Below are positions 60,001 through 64,000 of a stretch of DNA of 64,000 nt, one piece after another. The notes under the pieces were generated by a model that was given only the letters and a program-made list of their open reading frames with translations, was not told the DNA's origin and did no database searches. Each line of letters opens with the position of its first letter. Position 1 is the stretch's first letter. The DNA lies in IMG/VR virus record IMGVR_UViG_3300042289_000986, positions 147,588-211,587 of that record; one strand, 5' to 3'. The translations under genes and the position numbers were made by a program.

Positions 60001-60637
60001 AATACAGGATTTAATTCAACTATATAGAATCGGTGATGGATTAGAACAACGCTATTGGTCACTAGATCAGCTTCTTTTAAATAGAAATGAATTTGCAGAT
60101 GATACAAATTATAATCGCTGCATGATTCGTTTAGTGCAAAACATTAAAAACTTTAGAAATATTTTTAATTCTAAATTTGTCGTTGCAACTGAACAACTTC
60201 CATCAGGAACCGTTTCTTATTTTACATTAGTTCCAATTTCTACTGACGAACTTCCTAGTTTTTCTAATGATATCGAAAATGAAAATATTGGAGTGGGGGT
60301 AAATGAACTTCACGTTCCACCTGTATTAAATAGAGAATTCAAAAAAATATACGAATCTTTGGATATTTTAAGAGAATATCTCACAGTTTCAGATATTCGA
60401 ATTCAATCGGGACTTAATAAAGGATGTTTTTCTCCTTTCTGTTGGTCGTGGAGAGCAATGTCTTGTTACAATTTAAGTTTACCCGTTATTCGAATTTGCA
60501 ATATTAACCCAATTACATACATCGAACTAGAAAAAGATTTTCCTGTTAAATATGCACCAACAACTATATGGGGAGAAGCATCAGCTTCTTGTTGCAAGGA
60601 TTTTAATCAAATAGCAAATCCTTTATATCAAGAATAA
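54029..60637 (+). CDS. Very large (2202 aa) baseplate/tail protein with LamG-like, PKD-like and NHL-like domains
   Basis: IAYWNFNE...WNHIVF...IDEMGIWYRAL; HSYKEPGIYNL; VYVADNVRNRIYKF, FNAPS, VYVLDYNN. Confidence 0.65.
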   Translation: MADSFSITHTGNWPNETYQIVPNYDAISPDFGYVIFQNNFKYFNTPIKSVDSRLLTNVFSYKNTVTALGPKNNPLENNQLEEDYYQMSVFNNTFFTFSPSALRLIDAGPTFNYFQIDLDNPEGFTEFHSYILYPFSLYLRPISAKKINDNSFEFVTSAVLLSAQSFYYLTTTGDVDAYINHLNYKPKYRNLPTNINLNYSISGFEFYADRQLPQIYSSQIYNFDRNAMLLNNPVNIRPDYTSFNFDVIYPPFTFQAGFPEEQQYAGIAQENPENYRYVNGFTSAYISRYDPRISSIETFQLVQSSLNELSLDNISNCILRCELNVSNSNLKTFIYKYRNNIGNSIPLVSAVTNTNLGIRYAADYGRILNTSVHSNIFSFKVGTEFQNVQSLSGFKIASNVQNFDTAVWNLKYPPHYYSYKTYFDANSLGFNKNSDTSYLNFYLSSQIISEDDLNCVFKNVLTTDFNTLVLDLTSYATKDSIKFTPINVNFASRDISLFRVVLSSITAQYSPDNVNFFDYNLNSTPWINAASAQFFKIYYNKQYGEMDFVLNPCLSTSIGTNIDSKYNIKKDFAKGSIQTIDTDLFLTVLDEKENQIDLTVKSITSMNEFPFRDLTNTVISWNVSPSSNLVSINAIDSDGKFLQKITPNQPVSFDFNTYTVRVSGYAKDTTTITFSSQFWGLFDSIQTNQSLFNIYKNKKFQIGLLNPVFNNFDTKQFRLTAFLEYEGQKFDIPKTFNDEDVYMYWTWKHDEDFDDRFIPVNVYDKNLTAQYQYGQSGLATVLSSIYVEVKNKYDMDLISDPSTPFSHEITFYLFSNISVPPVSGQFSLTLDAYPAKSVFNTDFRTTYNGFPNVTVSDTRNNQYVITRPDSDNNNFVFFANTDILPTLSAQSFAWLASSDNGTLSALSSTKFSDISAFRYRISNPNIKVTTITLSAIKALIPNWTERFDTQTKITIYTEPSAIFFDPLKFTIYPPFMWGLSGRYVKLLQDNDYTLAANPTAYANTISETHGFYISANKVYFDSYKVYSGNDLTYVDTITSKFEYVEIPFRTEFFQNTGLRITLASFGEKYPEYNGFTYQTLSGSSIVTLPFNNFAFTIPFSSTVPVSAKFTQSPKLKQYDTLYLTFSSTITSIDIDENRIITVDQFFTGEGGKPLSGFPTQNLQEILSGNVIVYTLSSPTWKVNQFIPALQGRYQLFILAVGDPAQPLNISKYKYNSLNLSASGNMPVWIPPSTFDLYPVTPLTANCIAYWNFNEVSGNRIDSTGNGYNLMLSSIPSISSLPLTSIGFIGSRSLSASVTGVFLQTTGINFEGDWSISYWQKLNVPESEVERVDNFITKSSEGNSINPLSGIMITTSPMMIYENYPLYEQAAIYNGPYPEPYKWNHIVFSAKNKLLSVWINSVKVVDELFLSDALLDYMSISNNYPFRINGQNRSVEIDEMGIWYRALEGPDIYALYNYKLTYPFPYTLPEAYIEERQLWKVINQPVTANPLTLVAYSTSVIPEVYVSTYFALTGQEIFIQFETPENNQNLYITSYRTNFGDLSTSEFDQPNEIGSNIEYSDINDTVRHSYKEPGIYNLSFDVIYNTGEIKKFNLESPITIYTEWPNYDQQKIRFLNETVLNFGDELENTYTLDQIDIQPNEFGDVDIFNTSITRLYNNFEYLKFNSQTINTNSPTLFYGWLGTEENNTARGIQWNTKDYGFFEWDKPYLASLRVTFNENLNNVEYNKKFFSNIICVSETKDHLLVIDGTEFRAFSSGKIPQERFFENIEDIRPLIPSPVSIDSFTDSDNSSYVYVADNVRNRIYKFNLDFSFVPQINVQLVVGNFGKREEPNKFNAPSKIIYANDFVYVLDYNNQCVKQFTSDLNWTFTYFDDAFDNEQPEALAVHPNIEISFLYVLTNQRRVFIFDQFNTVPFQIIDLPETFDSQELMEISFDEAGEFFYVLTRKNIYKYTISGTFIGDVDIPNSSELNYNYIKQSQFHSMLICSDRCILKIQDLIQLYRIGDGLEQRYWSLDQLLLNRNEFADDTNYNRCMIRLVQNIKNFRNIFNSKFVVATEQLPSGTVSYFTLVPISTDELPSFSNDIENENIGVGVNELHVPPVLNREFKKIYESLDILREYLTVSDIRIQSGLNKGCFSPFCWSWRAMSCYNLSLPVIRICNINPITYIELEKDFPVKYAPTTIWGEASASCCKDFNQIANPLYQE

Positions 60638-60681
60638 ATAGCTTTGATTAATAAAACTTATAGATAAATATTTAACAACAA

Positions 60682-61092
60682 ATGAATAGGTTTCATTCTA
60701 AATTTCATAGAAAAAATCATCACACAAACACAGATCCTTATAATCCAGACGCAGGACATGACCCTATAGCAAGTCCAGATGCTCCTTTTCAAGGTATTTT
60801 CTGTGTTAATGGTAATTTGAGTTCAAGTGGAGGTTTGACTGTTAGCGGATTTAATATTTCGAGGGGTTATAGAACAGTGGGATTTACTACCCTTGTAGCA
60901 GGTTCTTCCGCTTTGGTAACCACAACAGCAATTCAAGCTAGTTCGATTGTTCTGTTAACCCCACAAACTTCATCTGTAAATATTGGAACACCATTTATCA
61001 GAACAAGAATACCATCAGTTAGCTTTACAATATCATCTACACATGCAAATGATAGAAGTACGATTGGTTGGTTTATCTTACAAACACAATAA
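60682..61092 (+). CDS. Small structural protein with His-rich N-terminus
   Basis: MNRFHSKFHRKNHHT...; C-terminal beta domain ending IGWFILQ. Confidence 0.6.
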   Translation: MNRFHSKFHRKNHHTNTDPYNPDAGHDPIASPDAPFQGIFCVNGNLSSSGGLTVSGFNISRGYRTVGFTTLVAGSSALVTTTAIQASSIVLLTPQTSSVNIGTPFIRTRIPSVSFTISSTHANDRSTIGWFILQTQ

Positions 61093-61105
61093 ATATTAAA
61101 AGATC

Positions 61106-64000
61106 ATGGCAGAGATTAGAACAAAATTAATAACACAATTGCCATTAGGAATTTTTTTGGATGGTGAAGAAATTCTCCCAATGCAACAACAAGGAGTTAC
61201 AAGAAAACTCCAAACAAAAGACATCATTCTTTATACCAAAAAACAAGATTATGCTACTTGGGTAAATCAAGCATCAACTAATCTCCTCACAATAGATCTT
61301 TCTTCGCGTTTTATAAGATTATACAACCAACAACCAAATGACAATTTAAATCCTGAATTTTTTATTGGTGAATTTGACACTTTAACAAATACTACAGAAT
61401 TAACTAGTTTAACAGGATATACTTTTTATTATAACGAGTCATCAAATAATTTTGTATTCACGGCTCACACATCAAGTTCAAATCATTCAAGGGTTTTAAC
61501 TGCATATTATATTGATCAAAATGCTATTACATATATTAATAATCTTTCAACATCTAATGTTTTAAGTGCTAAACAGATATTTGTTACAGATTCAATAACT
61601 ATTTCTGCAAATACAAATTCTGATGGTTTGTATATTGTTCAAAACGGAACTGGTAATGCAGTAGAAGTTTTTGATGAAATCAATGACACAACACCATTTG
61701 TAATCAACAGTTTAGGAAATGTTGGAATTAAAACGTCAAATCCTCTAATTGACCTGACGATCAATGGTAATTTAAGTTCAAATTCAAATTTAAGTGCCAG
61801 AAATGTACACGTAACCAATTCGGTTATAGTTTCAGCTAACACAAATTCTAGTGGCCTATATGTTGTTCAAAACGGAACTGGTAATGCAGTAGAAGTTTTT
61901 GATGAAATCAATGACACAACACCATTTGTAATCAACAGTTTAGGAAATGTTGGAATTAAAACCACAAACCCTCTGGTTGATCTAACAATTAATGGTAATT
62001 TAAGTTCCAATTCAAATTTAAGTGCCAGAAATGTATTTGTTACAGATTCAATAACTATTTCTGCAAATACAAATTCTGATGGTTTGTATATTGTTCAAAA
62101 CGGAACTGGTAATGCAGTAGAAGTTTTTGATGAAATCAATGACACAACACCATTTGTTATTAATAATATAGGAAATATTGGAATTAAAACTTCAAATCCT
62201 CTAATTGACCTGACGATCAATGGTAATTTAAGTTCAAATTCAAATTTAAGTGCAACCAATATACATCTTTTAAACTCTCTCGGTATTAATGTTAATAATC
62301 CAATGGAAAGATTAACCTTATTAGGTAATCTTTCCACAAACGGTAATATTATAGGAACTAATAATTTACATTTATCAGGTGTAATGACTATACCGGGTGG
62401 CGCGGGTGGAGATAGTCGTAACTGGGTTTCTAACTTTAACAACGTGTGCGCTTTATCTGCAAGATGGGAGAGCATTTATAGCTATTGGAACCCATTAACA
62501 GCAAATACAGCACAAGTCGTATCTCATGTTAATGCAAATTCTGCAAACTGGAATTCGACATTTTCAACATGGAATGCTACAAGTGCCTTTGAACTTTCTG
62601 CAAGAAATTTTATAAATCAAAATAATAGAAATATTGTTAGCAATTATAGTCATTATAATGCTAATAGTGGTTTATTTGCAACATATGCATATGCCAATGG
62701 GTTTTTACCTATTTCTGGGGGAGCCGTAACTGGAAACGTAACCTTATGTGCAAATTTAATTGTGGTTGGTGCTTTAACGGCACAAAAATTTACCGTTCTG
62801 GAAACTCAAACTCTTCCAACCACGGCAAGTCAATTAACAGTTTCATTAGATGGAAACATTGGAACATCATTAACTGTTAATCAAGACGTTTTAGTTGGAA
62901 GAAATATGTTTCTTTCCGGTTACTTTTTAGTTCCAGGTGGCGCGGGTGGAGATAGTCGTAACTGGGTTTCTAACTTTAACAACGTGTGCGCTTTATCTGC
63001 AAGATGGGAGAGCATTTATAGCTATTGGAACCCATTAACAGCAAATACAGCACATTCAACAACTTATGTAAACAATACAAGTTCAACAATTAATAGCGTC
63101 AATTCTTATGTTAATACTAATCGTATTAATTTAAGTGAAGTGGCAACAACTGTAAATTCAAATAGTTCTATTTGGATATTTAATGGTGGAAATACGGGTG
63201 CGGTTACAGTAGGAACAAACAACAATACAAATCTTTCTCTTGAAACCAACAATATAACAAGAATGACGGTGTTGAGCGGTGGAAATATCGGTATCAACCA
63301 ATTAACTCCAACCAGCAGACTCCATGTGACGGACAATTCTTCAAACCCCACAGTTCTTATTACACAAGCTGGTGCTGGTGAAGGATTAAGAATTACACAA
63401 TTAGGAACGGGATATGCTTTATTGGTAGAAGATGTTGTATCAGACACAACACCATTTGTCATTGATGCTGACGGAAATATTGGTGTGAGCACTGCTTCAC
63501 CAACAAATAAAATAACTATTTTAAGTAATTCTAATAATATTAACGATTATCCAATTAGAATTAATAATAATTCAAACAATTATGCATCCGGTATTGGCGC
63601 ATATGGCATATCAAACAGAATTGGCACATCCACAAATATTGATTATACTTTAGACATAGGAAACGACATTTTCTTTAAAAATAATAATTCAAATACAGTT
63701 GTTATTAAATCTGGTGGAAATGTGGGTATATCTACAACAACACCAAATGAAAGATTAACAGTTTTTGGAAATGTTAGTGCAAATGGAATAATTTACGATT
63801 CGACAAGTAGTTCAACCGATTGGAACATATCTTTCAACAGAAGTACATTTTTAACAACAGCAAGTAGTGATTGGAACACATCTTTCAACAGAAGTACAAT
63901 CTTGGCAGCAGCAAGTAGTGATTGGAACACATCTTTCAACAGAAGTACAATCTTGGCAGCAGCAAGTAGTGATTGGAACACATCTTTCAACAGAAGTACA
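61106..64000 (+). CDS. Partial long tail-fibre protein (runs off the window end)
   Basis: Not in the ORF track (no stop in window). Manual translation: MAEIRTKLITQLP...; repeated GNVGIxTxxP beta-fibre motifs and N/S/W repeats. Confidence 0.8.
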   Translation, partial: MAEIRTKLITQLPLGIFLDGEEILPMQQQGVTRKLQTKDIILYTKKQDYATWVNQASTNLLTIDLSSRFIRLYNQQPNDNLNPEFFIGEFDTLTNTTELTSLTGYTFYYNESSNNFVFTAHTSSSNHSRVLTAYYIDQNAITYINNLSTSNVLSAKQIFVTDSITISANTNSDGLYIVQNGTGNAVEVFDEINDTTPFVINSLGNVGIKTSNPLIDLTINGNLSSNSNLSARNVHVTNSVIVSANTNSSGLYVVQNGTGNAVEVFDEINDTTPFVINSLGNVGIKTTNPLVDLTINGNLSSNSNLSARNVFVTDSITISANTNSDGLYIVQNGTGNAVEVFDEINDTTPFVINNIGNIGIKTSNPLIDLTINGNLSSNSNLSATNIHLLNSLGINVNNPMERLTLLGNLSTNGNIIGTNNLHLSGVMTIPGGAGGDSRNWVSNFNNVCALSARWESIYSYWNPLTANTAQVVSHVNANSANWNSTFSTWNATSAFELSARNFINQNNRNIVSNYSHYNANSGLFATYAYANGFLPISGGAVTGNVTLCANLIVVGALTAQKFTVLETQTLPTTASQLTVSLDGNIGTSLTVNQDVLVGRNMFLSGYFLVPGGAGGDSRNWVSNFNNVCALSARWESIYSYWNPLTANTAHSTTYVNNTSSTINSVNSYVNTNRINLSEVATTVNSNSSIWIFNGGNTGAVTVGTNNNTNLSLETNNITRMTVLSGGNIGINQLTPTSRLHVTDNSSNPTVLITQAGAGEGLRITQLGTGYALLVEDVVSDTTPFVIDADGNIGVSTASPTNKITILSNSNNINDYPIRINNNSNNYASGIGAYGISNRIGTSTNIDYTLDIGNDIFFKNNNSNTVVIKSGGNVGISTTTPNERLTVFGNVSANGIIYDSTSSSTDWNISFNRSTFLTTASSDWNTSFNRSTILAAASSDWNTSFNRSTILAAASSDWNTSFNRST
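61580..62255 (+). repeat. Three 228-bp (76-aa) tandem coding repeats
   Basis: caaaacggaactggtaatgcagtag recurs at 61640, 61868 and 62096. Confidence 0.9.
62396..63054 (+). repeat. Identical 119-bp direct repeat pair (62396-62514 and 62936-63054)
   Basis: No mismatch seen by eye; 540 bp apart, in frame. Confidence 0.9.
63809..64000 (+). repeat. 51-bp (17-aa) tandem coding repeat ASSDWNTSFNRSTILAA
   Basis: Units start at 63860, 63911 and 63962, with a degenerate copy upstream. Confidence 0.9.

Noticed and set aside
62396-63054. Possible DGR template/variable repeat pair
   Set aside because: The copies are identical with no adenine-specific mismatches, both are coding and internal, and there is no reverse transcriptase in the window.
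63809-64000. Possible CRISPR array (39-bp constant part plus 12-bp variable part)
   Set aside because: The 'spacers' are only 12 bp and two are identical; the 51-bp unit is in frame within the fibre ORF; no cas genes.
1-64000. Stop-codon reassignment, tRNA or rRNA genes
   Set aside because: Standard-code ORFs tile the window densely and core genes are full length; no cloverleaf or rRNA-like stretch noticed by eye (a covariance-model scan would be decisive).
1-64000. Eukaryotic giant virus origin (collagens, GTs, AT-rich, RFC-like protein)
   Set aside because: T4-type capsid, portal, protease, baseplate and sigma factor plus a peptidoglycan endolysin identify a bacteriophage.

Overview
A 64-kb, very AT-rich fragment of a large T4-like (Tevenvirinae-related, myovirus-type) phage genome. 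No rRNA, tRNA, CRISPR array, integrase or reverse transcriptase was seen. It carries a scrambled T4 core: gp47, gp55, UvsW, UvsY, gp61 primase, gp62 and gp44 clamp-loader subunits 31 kb apart, a GroES-like co-chaperonin, gp15, portal gp20 (inverted relative to gp21-23), gp13, gp4, gp21, gp22, gp23, a probable gp16, gp25 and gp6. Accessory content includes a four-gene lysis cassette, at least eight glycosyltransferase-like genes, and about 35 kb of fibre/baseplate genes (Thr-rich collagen repeats, Asn/Ser/Trp 14-residue repeats, very large PKD/beta-propeller/LamG proteins, a trypsin-like protease). The most interesting signals are three. (1) A candidate phage-encoded virion glycosylation system: many GTs, a GT2-TPR enzyme among BclA-like collagen genes, and an L-S-[A/G/S] tripeptide frequent in outer virion proteins but absent from the replication proteins checked. 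(2) A gene-order-encoded 'plug-and-socket' chain of fibre proteins with paired terminal modules. (3) A TAA(A/G)TA late promoter 5-14 nt from about 20 start codons, implying near-leaderless late mRNAs. All functional calls come from motif recognition by eye; no database search was run.
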